From Azolla caroliniana (taxonomy: Eukaryota; Plantae; Polypodiophyta), in the NCBI GenBank assembly GCA_043228905.1, contig JBHGNT010000015.1, positions 12,276,001 through 12,340,000 of the forward strand: a DNA stretch of 64,000 nt, written 5' to 3'. The translations under genes were made by a program, and so were the position numbers. The stretch's first letter is position 1; each line of letters starts with the position of its first letter. The notes below the pieces were generated by a model. It saw nothing but the letters and a program-made list of their open reading frames with translations, ran no database searches and had not been told where the DNA came from. Of this stretch, positions 1 to 12,735 are shown one piece after another.

Positions 1-167
1 AGCCCAATCAACATCTGTATATCCTTCCAGCTTTATGTCCAGATCAGCCCTGTAAAACAGTCCATAGTTCTGAGAAGCTTTTACATACCTCAAGATTCTT
101 CTAATGCAGTCCAAGTGTGGCTTTGTTGGTTGTTGCATAAACTGGCTGACGAATCCAACAACATAAC

Positions 168-536
168 TGTAAAGAATCAAGAGATAGATTCTTGTGAAGA
201 GGAATAGGTGTGAAATGTGTGTGTGTGTGAGATAGAGAGAGAGAGACAAAGTATACGCAAGGTTAAATATATTAGCAAAGGAGAAAGACTCAACATTTTA
301 CAAGGTGGGAGGAGGGTGGTTTATGTAGTTACCCTCTCTCTTCATTAACTACAAGACTCATGGAGCATGGGGAATGTGAAAGCTCATAAGTTATGTGTCA
401 TAGAATATGATTCTATGACTCATACTAAATGCTAGAATACAAAGTGGTGACATAATGGTGACTCTTGACTGTTGGAGTGTCTCTTCACTCTCAAGGTGAG
501 TTCACCACTAGACCAAGTTGAGCTTGATTCTCAACA
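168..536 (-). repeat. 3' LTR of A
   Basis: Direct repeat of 5995-6366; adjacent to PPT. Confidence 0.95.
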
Positions 537-777
537 CACCCCCTCAAGCTCAAGTCGGGTCGGTTTCAGACGGTATCTGACATCCGCTTCAATTCACGTT
601 CGGGAGTCTGCGTCGACTTGCGTCGACTCGCTTTATGCGAAGTTGCGGAATCCGTGCTGCTCTAGCTTGCATTGTGCGTAGTTACGAAGTCTGTGCTTCG
701 GCTTGCGTCTTTCTTCGCGGCTTTGCGCGGTAGATCAGCTCTTTGCTGCTACGGTGTGTGGTTGCGGAATCTACACG

Positions 778-3700
778 TTATTGCGTAGTGTCTTCAGTAC
801 TCCCCCTCAAGCTTGGCAAATCCGGGATCGTCAATCCGAGATCGGTCATGAATTGCCATAGCTTGTCGGCTCCTAAGGCTTTAGTGAAGAGGTCGGCCGT
901 TTGAAGATTGGTGCTTATGTGTTGTAGGTCGACATCGCCAGCCAGAACGCGCTCTTGGATGAAGTGATAGTGCACTTCGATGTGCTTTGTCTGTGCGTGG
1001 AACACCGGGTTCCGAGCCATATAGATACTGCTCATGTTGTCGCAGTAAAGGGAAGTCGGATCCTTGATGGGTACGCCCAGATCTTTCAAAATCCTCTTGA
1101 GCCATATGGCTTCACACACAGCTACGGCTGCGCCCCTGTATTCCGCCTCCGTACTTGAAAGAGCAACGGTAGTCTGCTTCTTGCTACTCCAGGATATTGC
1201 TCCGCTGCCGAGGGAGAAAACAAATCCGGAGGTTGATCTTCTATCGGCTTTGTAGCTGGCCCAATCGGCGTCGGTGTACCCCTCGAGTCGTATTGGCATC
1301 GCGGTCTTGTAGAGGATGCCGCAATCCATTGTGCCACTCACGTATCGTAGAACTCGCTTAGCGCAATCCAAGCGAGTATCACGCGATGTTTGCATGAATT
1401 GGCTAAGGAGGCCAACCGGATAACTGAGATCGGGTCGTGTGATCGTGAGGTAGATGAGACTCCCGATGAGTTGCCGATACTGAGTCGGCTCACACGCTTT
1501 GGTGCCGGAGTGCGCATCTAGTTTGAGATTACGATCGAGCAGGGTTGCTACGGATTTGCACTCAGCCATCCCGAACTTGTATAACAAGTTGAGGATGTAG
1601 TGCCGTTGAGAGATCATGATTCTGGCCGGAGTCCAAATTACCTCGATGCCGAGGAAGTAGTGGAGCTCCTTCATGTCCGTCATCTCGAACTTGTCGGAGA
1701 GGAGGGTTTTGACTTTATTGATGTTGACGAGATGCTCACCTCCAATGACTAGGTCATCCACATATAAAATGATGACGATCGGACTTGCGGAATCGCTTTG
1801 TATGTAGAGGGAGTTGTCCGATTTTGACATACGAAAGCCGATTTGATGAAGATATTGCGTTATCTTCGAATGCCAAGCACGCGGTGCTTGCTTGAGGCCG
1901 TAGAGTGGCTTCTTGAGTCGGCATACAACTTTTGGATGAGTGCTCGAGTTGAAGCCGGGTGGTTGGATCATGTACACCTCCTCTTCTAATTCGCCTTGTA
2001 GAAAGGCGTTCTTGACGTCCATTTGATGGAGGTGCCACCCTTTCGCCGCGGCAAGCGCAATTACGGTCCGCACTGTTGTCATCTTTGCCACCGGGGCAAA
2101 GGTCTCTTCGTAGTCGACGCCATGCGTCTGAGCGTATCCTTTCGCTACGAGTAGAGCTTTGTAGCGGTTTACGGAGCCATTGGCGTTATACTTCACCTTG
2201 TAGATCCATCTGCATCCGATCGCCTTTTTGTGTGGTGAGGTGGGAACGAGATCCCACGTCTCGTTCTTCCGTAGTGCCTGCATCTCCTTGTTCATTGCTT
2301 CGATCCATCGCGGGTCCTTTGCGGCTTCCGGCTCTCGTACTGTCGCTACCTTCATCATAAAGGTGTAATGGTACGCCATATAATCATTGTAGCTGAATTG
2401 GCTTACGGGATTCTTTTCACGGGTGGAGCGACGGAGCTTTTCATTTGCTGAGATGAGGGCTTTCTTAGCTCCGATTGGTACCTCGAAACCGCCGAACTCA
2501 CTGTCGAGTGAGTGAGTCGATTCATCGTCGTCGAAGCGATCGTCTTCATATTCTGCCATTTTCGCCTTGCCTTTGTCCATCTTCGGGCTAGGCCGTGATG
2601 TGCTTTGATCGCTCAAAGGCTCTTGTGGTCCGCTCAGTCGGGTTGTGATCGGACTTTCTTCGAACATGCGCGTAAGGTGATCTTCATCCTCTACCTCTTG
2701 TTTGGTGGATTCCGGGTCGAGCGGGGTTGGAGTCGAAGTTGTCTCTGGTGCGTACCAGAATGCAGACTCGTCAAAGACGACGTCTCGACTTACCCGAGAT
2801 TTTCGAGTTGAGGGGTTGTAGCACTTGTACCCCTTTTGCTCCAGTGAGTATCCTACGAGGATACATTTCTCCGACTTCGGGTCGAGCTTTTGACGCTTCT
2901 CGTCGGGGATGTGCACGTATGCAATGGATCCGAATATCCGAACATGTGATAGGTTCGGCTTCTTTCCGAAGAATCTTTCGTGTGGAGTGACCTCGTGCAC
3001 GCCGGATGTTGTGCACCGGCTCATTAGGTAGACGGCCATATTTGCCACTTCGGCCCAATATGACTTGGGCATATGCTTCTCGTTCATCATGGCCTGCGCT
3101 ACTTCGAGGATGTGCCGATTTTTGCGCTCGGCTACTCCGTTTTGTTGCGGAGTGTGTCGACAAGTGAATTCTCGCCGAATTCCTTCCTTTTGGAGAGACG
3201 TCGTGAAATCGTCCGAGAAGTACTCCTTGCCGCCATCCGATCAAAGGCATTGTACATGTCGGCCCGTGGCTTTCTCGACTTCATTCTTGAAATTTTGGAA
3301 GTGTTCGAACACTTCGCTCTTTTGCCGCATTGGGTAGATCCAGGTGTGCCTAGAAAAGTCGTCGATGAAGAGCACATAATATCGGCATCCGCCGAATGTC
3401 GCCGTTTGAGCCGGACCCCATACATCGGAATGAATTACGTCAAGTACGCCTTTGCTCACATTCCGCTCCTTCGGAAATGGGTGTCAGTGTTGCTTGCCGA
3501 ATTGGCACGCTTCGCATACACCTTCAATCTCCTTCTCTTTGAATGTCGGGAGTCCGATGATGACTCCTTTCGATTTCATTGCTTTGAGTTTGTTGAGATT
3601 GATGTGGCCGATTCGCTTATGCCATAGATCTATGTCGGAGTCGGCTTTCGTGCTTTTCGCGAACATGGCGGATTTCATCTCGTGCGAATCGAGAATGAAC

Positions 3701-4100
3701 ATCCGGCCCTCTCTTCTTCCGCGTGCGATGATTCGGCCTTCTTTTTCGATGAAGCACCCTTCTTGGTCGAATCGTACTTGCATCCCTTGCTCAACCATTT
3801 GGCCGACCGAGACCAAATTCTTTGTGATGGTGGGAACATGCAAGAAATTTTTAATATATGTTTGCTTACCTCTTTCGCCGAACGGAACATTGCCGATGTG
3901 CCGAATCGGGTGCGTAGTGTCATCTCCGGTTTCGACATAACCGGGTCGCTCCAGCTCTCGAAGTTCGAGAAACCATTCTTTGTGGGATGTCATATGGTTT
4001 GAGGCTCCGGAGTCAACAAACCATACGTCCTCCGGATTGAGGGCACTAGTTGAGGTAGAGGCCAACATAGAGTTTGCTCTATGTTTCATCATGAACATTC
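778..4100 (-). pseudogene. Element A pol (protease, integrase, RT, RNase H), with stops and frameshifts in the integrase
   Basis: WFVDSGASNHM; WHKRIGH...CEACQFGKQ; 770-aa ORF 778-3090 with DVKNAFL, LYGLKQAPRAW, YVDD and TKHIEVHYHF. Confidence 0.95.
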
Positions 4101-4884
4101 TGTTGGGAGACAGGTCCCTCCGGATGGGAAGGGAGAAGAACAATGCTGATAAGCAAACTCGGCCGAGGCCGAAACCGGATGAGGAGTACCCGGCTACGGA
4201 GAGCCGGATGATGCAGACCTGGTGAGAACCGGATGAGGAGTACCCAGCTACGAAGAGCCGGGTGGTGCAGACCCGGTGAGAACCGGATGGTGCAGAGCCG
4301 GTGAGAACCGGATGAGGAGTACCCGGCTACGGAGAGTCGGATGGTGCAGACCCGGTGAGAACCAGATGAGGAGTACCCGGCTACGGAGAGTCGGATGGTG
4401 CAGACCCGGTGAGGAGTGCTCACCGGATGAAGAGACATATTCATAAATATGTTTTTTTCTGAGAGTCCATCATGGCTATATTTGTAAATAGCCGAAAAGT
4501 CATATTAGTATAAATATGAATTAGGGCAAACTTTTAGTTGTGTGTGTTGTCATTCTTGTTGGTGCAAGGAGAGAGAGAGCGCGTAACTGTGTACAGAGAG
4601 AGAGAGAGAGAAAGAGGTCGTTGCCTCTGTTGTAACCACCGCCTGTGGCGAGGATCGTGAGCACGAGGTCGTTGCCTCTGTGAACTCACTGTTGTACATT
4701 CTAACATAGTGATAGTTTGCAGCCTGTGGGCTGCCGTGGTTTTTCCCTTAGTTTGGGTTTTCCACGTAAACATCCCGCGTACTCGTCTCTTCTTCGTGTC
4801 GTTCATTATTTCCCGTTTTATGTGTATGATTCTAAGCTCGGTTGTGGCCGAGCGTTGCGTATACGGAGCGTGCAGTTCCTGTCA
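4101..4884 (+). mobile_element. Solo LTR of a Tork-like copia (C/J/K group) inside A
   Basis: TGTTGGGA...TGTCA; perfect TSD CATTC (4096-4100, 4885-4889); carries the GTGGTTTTTCCC...GGGTTTTCCACGTAAA motif; ~54-bp tandem array at 4173-4430. Confidence 0.93.
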
Positions 4885-4889
4885 CATTC

Positions 4890-5835
4890 CGCCACGGTCA
4901 GAGTTGTGCCCGTACATTCCGCTATACTCTTCATAGTCGGAATTGTGCGCGTAATTCGTGAGTTGTCGGCTTGTGGAAGCCGATTCATGCATCTTCTTTC
5001 GGCACTCTTCTTCGTGGTGGCCGAGCTTTCTGCAATATCCGCATTCGGTTGCGTTTTGACGGCTCAGGCCGGAGTGGAAGCTCCCCCTTCTTGCAAAGGT
5101 TCCTTGTTGGCCTCCGTTTTGCGGCCGAAATTGGGAGTTGTTGTCGTAGGTCGGACCTTGTCCGCCTTGTCCTTGGACGAATCAGCCTCTCGCTCGTCCG
5201 CGTCCTCTTCCTCCATTAGAGTGTGTGTAGAGCATGTGGCCTTCCGACTCATTGCTCCTTGTATGCACGTGGTTTTCTTCAACCAATAGCATTGATTGGA
5301 GCTCGAAGAAGGAGGGAGATTTCTCCCGTGCTAGAACAGCGGTTCGCATCGCCCCGAACCGTGGTGCGAGGCCGCCGAGGCATATTTGCACCATCTCATC
5401 ATCATCTATACTTACGCTTATTGAGCCGAGCGAGTCGCAAAGCTCCTTGATCTTCAAGGTGTATGTCGTGATGGACATATCCCTTTGTTGAATGTTGTTC
5501 AACTCTTGGCGGAGTTGAAGCTTCCTCGCGGTCGTGTTGGTCACGAAAATCTTTCGTAGATTTTCCCACGTTTCCTTCGGTGTCTTGGCTTCTCGAATGT
5601 AACTGAGCATGTGGTCGTGAACACATGTCACCAAACAATAGATCACGCGGCTTGAGGCTTGCTCCCATGTCACGTATCCGGGAGCCGCTTCGGCGGGTCG
5701 GTCTTCATGCGCTCCTTTGATGTAACTCCAATAGCCTTGTCCGACAAGGTATTGGTGCATCTTGTACTCCCAAGATGCGAAGTTGTTTCGATCCAACTTC
5801 TCGGTAGGGAGAGCACTCCCCATTTGAGTATTCAT
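4890..5835 (-). pseudogene. Element A gag
   Basis: ORF 5182-5835 (LPTEKLDRNNFASWEYKM...), frameshifted continuation to a zinc-knuckle region; joins pol across the solo LTR (...DRGG|MFMMKHRAN). Confidence 0.9.
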
Positions 5836-5982
5836 TATGTCGATTCTTCTTCTTCTTCTTCTCTCTTCGAATGCGAGCTATGTAGCGAAGCTACAATAGC
5901 GATGAGCCGGTTCTTGGTCGTCGGCGTGGAGCACAACACACGATCACGATGAGGCGAATGGGCTAGATCAAGCTACCAAATC

Positions 5983-5994
5983 GCTTTGATACCA
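5983..5994 (-). promoter_or_regulatory. PBS of A (tRNA-iMet type)
   Basis: TGGTATCAAAGC immediately inside the 5' LTR; one mismatch to TGGTATCAGAGC. Confidence 0.85.
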
Positions 5995-6366
5995 TGTAAA
6001 GAATCAAGAGATAGATTCTTGTGAAGCGGAATAGGTGTGAACTGTGTGTGTGTGTGAGATAGAGATAGAGAGAGACAGAGTATACGCAAGGTTAAATATA
6101 TTAGCAAAGGAGAAAGACTCAACATTTTACAAGGTGGGAGGAGGGTGGTTTATGTAGTCACCCTCTCTCTTCATTAACTACAAGACTCATGGAACATGGG
6201 GAATGTGAAAGCTCATAAGTTATGTGTCATAGAATATGATTCTATGACTCATACTAAATGCTAGAATACAAAGTGGTGACATAATGGTGACTCTTGACCG
6301 TTGGAGTGTCTCTTCACTCTCAAGGTGAGTTCACACACTAGACCAAGTTGAGCTTGATTCTCAACA
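5995..6366 (-). repeat. 5' LTR of A
   Basis: Direct repeat of 168-536; adjacent to PBS. Confidence 0.95.
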
Positions 6367-6371
6367 ATAAT

Positions 6372-9293
6372 AATCCAACAACATAACTCAAATAAGGTCT
6401 TGTTATAGTCAAATATATGAGGTTGCCCACCATAGACTTGTACATGTTTACATCTTCTATTTTGGCTCCCAAATCAGCCCACAATTTGCAATTCTTATCC
6501 AGTGGTACATCAATAGGTTTGCATCCAAGCATACCATACTTCTTCAACATAGTTGTTGCATATTGTTTTTGCAACATATATATACCACTTTCAGATCAGA
6601 TCATCTCAATGCCAAGAAAGTATCTTAGCTCTCCTAAATCCTTCATATGAAATTGCATGTCAAGATTTTTTTTTAGCTTCCTTATTTCATCCATAGAATC
6701 ACCTCCAATGATTAAGTCACGACATATATCAAGATAACAACAATGCAATCATTTATCTTCTTTACATACAGTGATGGATCAACTTTTGACATTTTGAAGG
6801 CAATCTTTTTCAGAGATTCTAAAAGTTCTTTATGCCATGCTCTCGATGCTTGTTTCAGTCCATAGAGAGCCTTTTTCAAGATGCTTCTTATCTTCAAAAC
6901 TTGGTGGTTGACACATATACACTTCTTCTTCCAAGTTACCATGTAAAAAAGCATTTTGTACATCCATATGGTGCAAAACCCATCTTTTGGCTGCACTCAC
7001 AGCAAGTAGTGTTCTCAAGGTTGCCATTTTTGCAACCAGTGCAAATGTTTCATCATAATCAATTCCTTGTATCTGGGCATATCCCTTTGCAACAAGTCTT
7101 GCTTTATGTCTACTAACATTTCCATTTGAATCATGCTTTGTTTTGTAGACCCATTTGCAACCTACAACATTTTTTTTCTTTCGGTAACTTCACCAAATCC
7201 CATGTTCTGTTTTCAGCCAATGCATCTATTTCTTCTTGTATTGCATTCACCCATTTCTTATCAGATTTTGCTTCATCAAAACTATTTGTACCACTTTAGA
7301 CATGTATGCATAATGCATAGCCATGTATGTATCATAACCAAATCTTTCAACAATCTTTTTCTCTCTATATGATCTTCTCAGTTTCTGATTTGCATCTTTC
7401 ATTGCCTTTTCCATACCAGGGATTTTCAAGGCTCCTATACCAAGCTCATCATCCAATGATGTATATGAATCTACATCTTCCATGTTTCTAGATCCATCAT
7501 CAAGCATTTCATATTCTGGCATCTTCTGTTTTCCCTTTCTATCATCATATTTTTTGTGTCTTGCATTTTTTCCACTCCAAGCATTAGATTCAGATTTACT
7601 ACCTGAGCTTTTAAATGGTCTAGTACATGCTATCGATGTTGAACTTTGCTGTCCAACATTGCTTCCATTTCCATGGCAATCTCTTCCATTTTCAGATTTT
7701 TCTCTGTCTTCATTTTCAGAGTCTTCATTAGTTTTTACATTTCCTTTTGGGCTGTACCAGCTACCCAACTCATCAAATATTACATCAAGGCTTACTACAA
7801 TCTTTTTTGTTAATGGGTTATAACATCTATACCCTTTTTGCTCCTCTGAATATCCAACAAAAACACATTTTCAGCTTTTCGATCAAGCTTACTTCTCACT
7901 TCAGCAGGTACATGGACATAAGCAAGGCATCCAAACACTTTTAAGTGTCCTAAACTAGGTTTCCTTCCATAGAAACATTCTTCAAGAGTTACTTCATGTA
8001 CTTCAGATGTTATACATCTATTTAGAATAAAGTTTGTTGTGTTTACAACTTCTGCCCAGTAATACAATGACATATTTTTCCAGTCATCATGGCTCTTGCT
8101 ATGTTCACCAAAGTTCTGTTTTTTTCTCTCAGCAACTCCATTTTGGTGTGGAGTATATCTACATGTGAACTCTCTCCTTATCCCTTGATTGCATAGTAAA
8201 TCAGAAAATTCATTTGAGAAATATTCTCCTCCATCAGATCTTAAACATTTTATTCTAGTCCCGACTTGCTTTTCTACCATGCATTTAAACTTACGAAAAC
8301 AATCAAATACTTCAGTTTTCTCTTTCATGAAGTAAACCCATGTTTTCCTTGAGCAATAATCAATAAATGTTACATAAAACCTACATCCACTAATTGATGC
8401 ATTTTTTGTTGGTCCCCATACATTTGTATGTACCAAATCCAACAAATTTTTGCTTACATGTCTTTCATGAGGGAAAGGCAACCTATTTTGCTTTCCATAT
8501 TGACATGCTTCACATATTTTGCTCATCTCACAATCTTTTAACTTAGGCAATCCAGCCACAACATTTTTCCTCAACATATTTTTCAAAGTTTGCATACTTA
8601 TGTGACCGATTCTTTTATGCCACATCTCTACATCTAAGATTACACTCATTCCTTCTGCAAACATGGTTGTAATCTTTTTAGGCATATCCACATCTAACAC
8701 AAACATCCTTCCTTGTCGTTTTCCTTTTGCAATAAGCTTTCCATGTTTCTCTATAAAGCATCCACTTTGCTTAAACTTAACTTGCATTCCTTGCTCGACT
8801 ATCTATTCAACAGAAATCAGATTTTTTGGAAGGTTTGGCACATGCATAACATTCAACATATATTTCGTTTTTCGTTTTTCCTCCCACAATGGGATATCTC
8901 CAACATGCTCGATTGTATGAGTGGTGTTATCACCTGTTTGTACATAACCTGGAATTTCTAGTTCTCTTAAACTTTCAAACCAATTTGCATGTCCTGTCAT
9001 ATGATTAGATGCCCCAAAATCTACATACCACATAAAATCTTCATTACATCTCTGTGAACATTCACCCATTGTTGTTGTTTCATGTTGCATCACAAATGCA
9101 CCATCTTTATCACAGTCTTCACTGGTTGAAGCATAATTATTTTGATGTCTCGTCCCTCTTTTTTCATCATTTTGCTTTTTATAGCATTCAACCTGTGTAT
9201 GGCTTGGTTTTCCACAATACCAACATCCATCATCATTCAAATAAGTTTGCTTACCTCTTCCTCGATTGCTCCCCTTTCCTTTGATGTTGTTTT
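6372..9293 (-). pseudogene. Element B gag C-terminus/protease/integrase/RT, fragmented
   Basis: ORF fragments 8803-9336, 7810-8787, 7247-7768, 6830-7027, 6712-6996 and 6338-6577 carry copia motifs, separated by stops and frameshifts. Confidence 0.9.
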
Positions 9294-12200
9294 TGTGCGG
9301 AAAAATAGCGCTCGGCCACAACCGAGTCTTAAACAACGAATGGAAGAAAACAAACTAACAACTAGATGACACAAGATGTTTACATGGAAACCCTAAATGG
9401 GAAAAACCACGGGAGCCCACTGACTCCAACTATCATTATGAGGGGAGGAATACAATGTGAGACTCAGAGGCAACGACCTCGAGCTCTATGTCTTCGCCAA
9501 CCGACGATTAAAACAGAAAACTCGTTCTGTGTCTCTCCCTCTCACTCAGTCACTGTGTACATGTTCTATCAACAACTCTCATCACACATAAAGTGATTGC
9601 CCTAAGTCATATTTATACTTATATGAGTTTAGGGCTATTTAAAAATATAGCCTCGATGGGCTCACTATGAAACATATTTATACATATGTTCAAACCGGAT
9701 CCATCCGGAAGCCTTCCGGATCCGGTTCTTTCATCCGACTCCTCTAGTTCTCATCCGGATCCCATCCGGAGGGACCGAATTCCCAACAAACTCCCCCTTC
9801 ACTCCGGCATGGGATTTCTCGTTAATCCGATCTATCTTCGCCACGCGTCCAGCTTGTCGGTTGACAGCACCTTGGTCAGCATATCCGATATGTTCTCCTT
9901 CGTGTGGATCTTCGTCAGCACGAAGTCTTGATCTTCTACTCTCTCCCGGATCCAGTGATACCCTCTGATAGATGTGCTTTCTTTCGGGAATGGTGGGCCA
10001 CATTCTTCACAAGGTGGATGACACTTTGACTGTCGAAGTAGAGCCGGTATTCCTCCTGTCGGATCCCTAGCTCTCCGATGAAATTCTTCATCCAGATTAT
10101 CTCCTTGCTGGCTTCCACAGTTGCCATGTACTCCGCTTCCGTTGTTGATAGTGCAACGGACTTCTGCAGCCTCGACTGCCATGATACAGCTCCCCCTGCA
10201 TAAGTCATGACATATCCGGATGTAGACCGGCTAGTATTCGCATCAGCCAACATATCCGAATCCGTGAATCCGTCAAGTTGGGGTTTACCAGAGCCAAACT
10301 GGAGGCACATACTCGAGGTGCCTTTCAAGTACCGGAGTATCCACTTGACCGCGTTCCAATGCTCTCTTCCGGGATTGCTCATGAAACGGCTAACTATTCC
10401 GACAACATACACATTATCCGTCCGGGTGCACACCATTGCGTACATTAAGCTTCTGACGATAGAGGCATATGGTATCTTTGTCATATTTGACTTATCTGCC
10501 TTTGTCATATTGGAATTTCCGGACAATATTCGACTTTTCCGGACAACTTGCAATTTGCCGGAAGTGTCGATCTGACCGGTTTTGCCACCTACATGTTGAA
10601 CCGTTGAAGCACCTTTGTCACGTACTTTTCTTGTTACAACCACAACAGCTTCTTCGACCGGTCCCGGATGATGTGCATCCCCAAAATCTGTCTTGCCAGA
10701 CCCAAATCTTTCATTGAGAAGGTCCAGTTCAGAGCCTTCTTCAGCATTTGGATCTTGACTTGGTCTCGTCCAACGATCAACATATCATCCACATATAGTA
10801 GGAGTATCAAGAAGTCGCCTCCGACAAATTTCTTCACAAACACGAAGTGGTCAACTTGTGTCTTGTGGTACCCTCGGTCGGTCATGAAGGAGTCGAACTT
10901 CCGGTACCATTGCCGGGGGCTTGCTTCAATCCGTATAATCTTTTCTTTAACTGGCATACCAGGTGCTCCTTCCCTTTCCTCTCAAATCCTTCCGGTTGAT
11001 GCATGTCGATCTCTTCTTCGAGGTCGCCATGTAGGAATGTCGTCTTGATGTCCAATTGCTCTACTTCGAGGTCCATGCTTGCCGTTATGCTCAATACCGT
11101 CCGGATGGATGTCATCTTTACTACCGGGGCGAAGATCTCGTCGAAATCCACTCCTTTCTTCTGTTGGAACCCCTTCACCAGGATCCAGGCTTTGTACCTT
11201 GGGGGATTTCCGGCATCTCCCGGTTTCAGCTTGTACACCCACTTGTTCCGGAGCGCCCTCTTTCCTTTCGACAACTCCATCAGTTCGTATGTGTGGTTCT
11301 CATGCAGGGAATCCATCTCGTCCTGCATGGCACTCAACCACTTGCGGTTGTGGGTGTCTTTCTTCGCTTCTTCGAAGCTTTGCAGCTCCCCCTCATTGGT
11401 CAGCAATACGTGCTCTACATCTGGAAATCTCCGGGGGGCTCTTCTCTCCCTGAGAAGGTATCTCCGTCTTTGGTCTTCGGTAACCAGTTCCTTCGTCTGT
11501 TCCTCATCCTCATCCGATTCGGGATCTTGTTCGGTTCCAGTGTCTTCTTCTTTTTCTTCTTCTTCAGTCGGTTCGGTTTCTTGTCCAAATCCGGTCGGTT
11601 CGTCGAGTGTCATCCGGTTACTGACTACCATCTGGTTTTCAACCGGGCAAGTCCTTGTGCCCTCAAGGCGGTTTTCATTGGATGATCCAGAGTTCATCAC
11701 CTTCTTCTCCGACTCCCAGTCGGCAATGGTCCTGTCTTCCATGAAGACTATCTCCCGACTCTGGAACACCTTCTTGTCGACCAGATCCCACACCCAGTAA
11801 CCGAACTCTTGTCTTGCAACATGCACATATGCGAGACACCTGAACACATTTAGATGCAGGTAAGACACGTCTTTACCGGTCCATATTCTCTGTGGTGTGT
11901 CTCCGTCCAAGCGTGCTGAGGGTGATCTGTTTATCACATATGTCGTCGTCATAAGTGCCTCAACCCAAAACGTCTTGGGTAGCTTTGCATGTGCCAACAT
12001 GCTCTGGACTCTCTCCATCACGGTTCGGTTCATACGTTCTGTTGTAGAACGGTGCTCGGCCACAACCGTGGAATAGGATTAACTCACAGGAAACAGGAAA
12101 TACAAAATGCACGAAGACAATAGAGAGAAGGGTACATTGGATGTTTTACGTGGAAAACCCTAAATGGGAAAAACCACGGGAGTCCTCAAACTCCAACTAG

Positions 12201-12512
12201 CACTTCAAACAGAGATGTACAATGGTGAAGGTACAAGGCAACAACCTTGAGCTCACTATCTTCGCCACAGGCGGCGGTAATACACAGAGGCAGCGGCCTC
12301 TTCGTCTCTCTCTCTCTCTCTCTCTCTCTCGGCTGCTCTCTTCAATTGCCTCTAAGTAAAACAGAAAAATATGAGCAACAACATAAAACTGTTTGCCCTA
12401 AGTCATATCTATACACATATGACTTTCGGGCTATTTACAAATATAGCCTCAAGGGCCCTTGGCAAACATATTCACAAATATGTCCCCGCATCCGGATCTC
12501 TCTCCGGGTACA

Positions 12513-12660
12513 TTCGTCATCCGGCTCCGTAACCGGGGTCTTCATCATCCGGCTCCGTAGCCGGGATCTTCATCATCCGGCTCCGTAGCCGGGCTCTTCA
12601 TCATCCGGCTCCGTAGCCGGGGTCTTCATCATCCGGCTCCGTAGCCGGGGTCTTCATCAT
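12513..12660. repeat. 28-bp tandem array in U3 of the J 3' LTR (also at 17309-17456)
   Basis: Five units of TTCATCATCCGGCTCCGTAGCCGGGGTC. Confidence 0.95.
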
Positions 12661-12735
12661 TCGGGTCTTCATTCCCGATTCCCGAACATCCGACCATCCC
12701 ATCCGGAGGGACCGTAATCCCAACAAACTCCCCCT

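Larger units (their letters stand above)
168..6366 (-). mobile_element. Element A: full-length Ty1/copia inserted in the RT of B
   Basis: LTRs 168-536 and 5995-6366 (TG..CA, about 7 substitutions plus small indels); PBS TGGTATCAAAGC; PPT at 537-548; TSD ATAAC/ATAAT. Confidence 0.95.

Noticed and set aside
11003-11800. Long Ser-rich plus-strand ORFs (also 13994-14560, 39331-39780, 48102-48728)
   Set aside because: Antisense shadows of acidic, GC-rich retroelement coding sequence.
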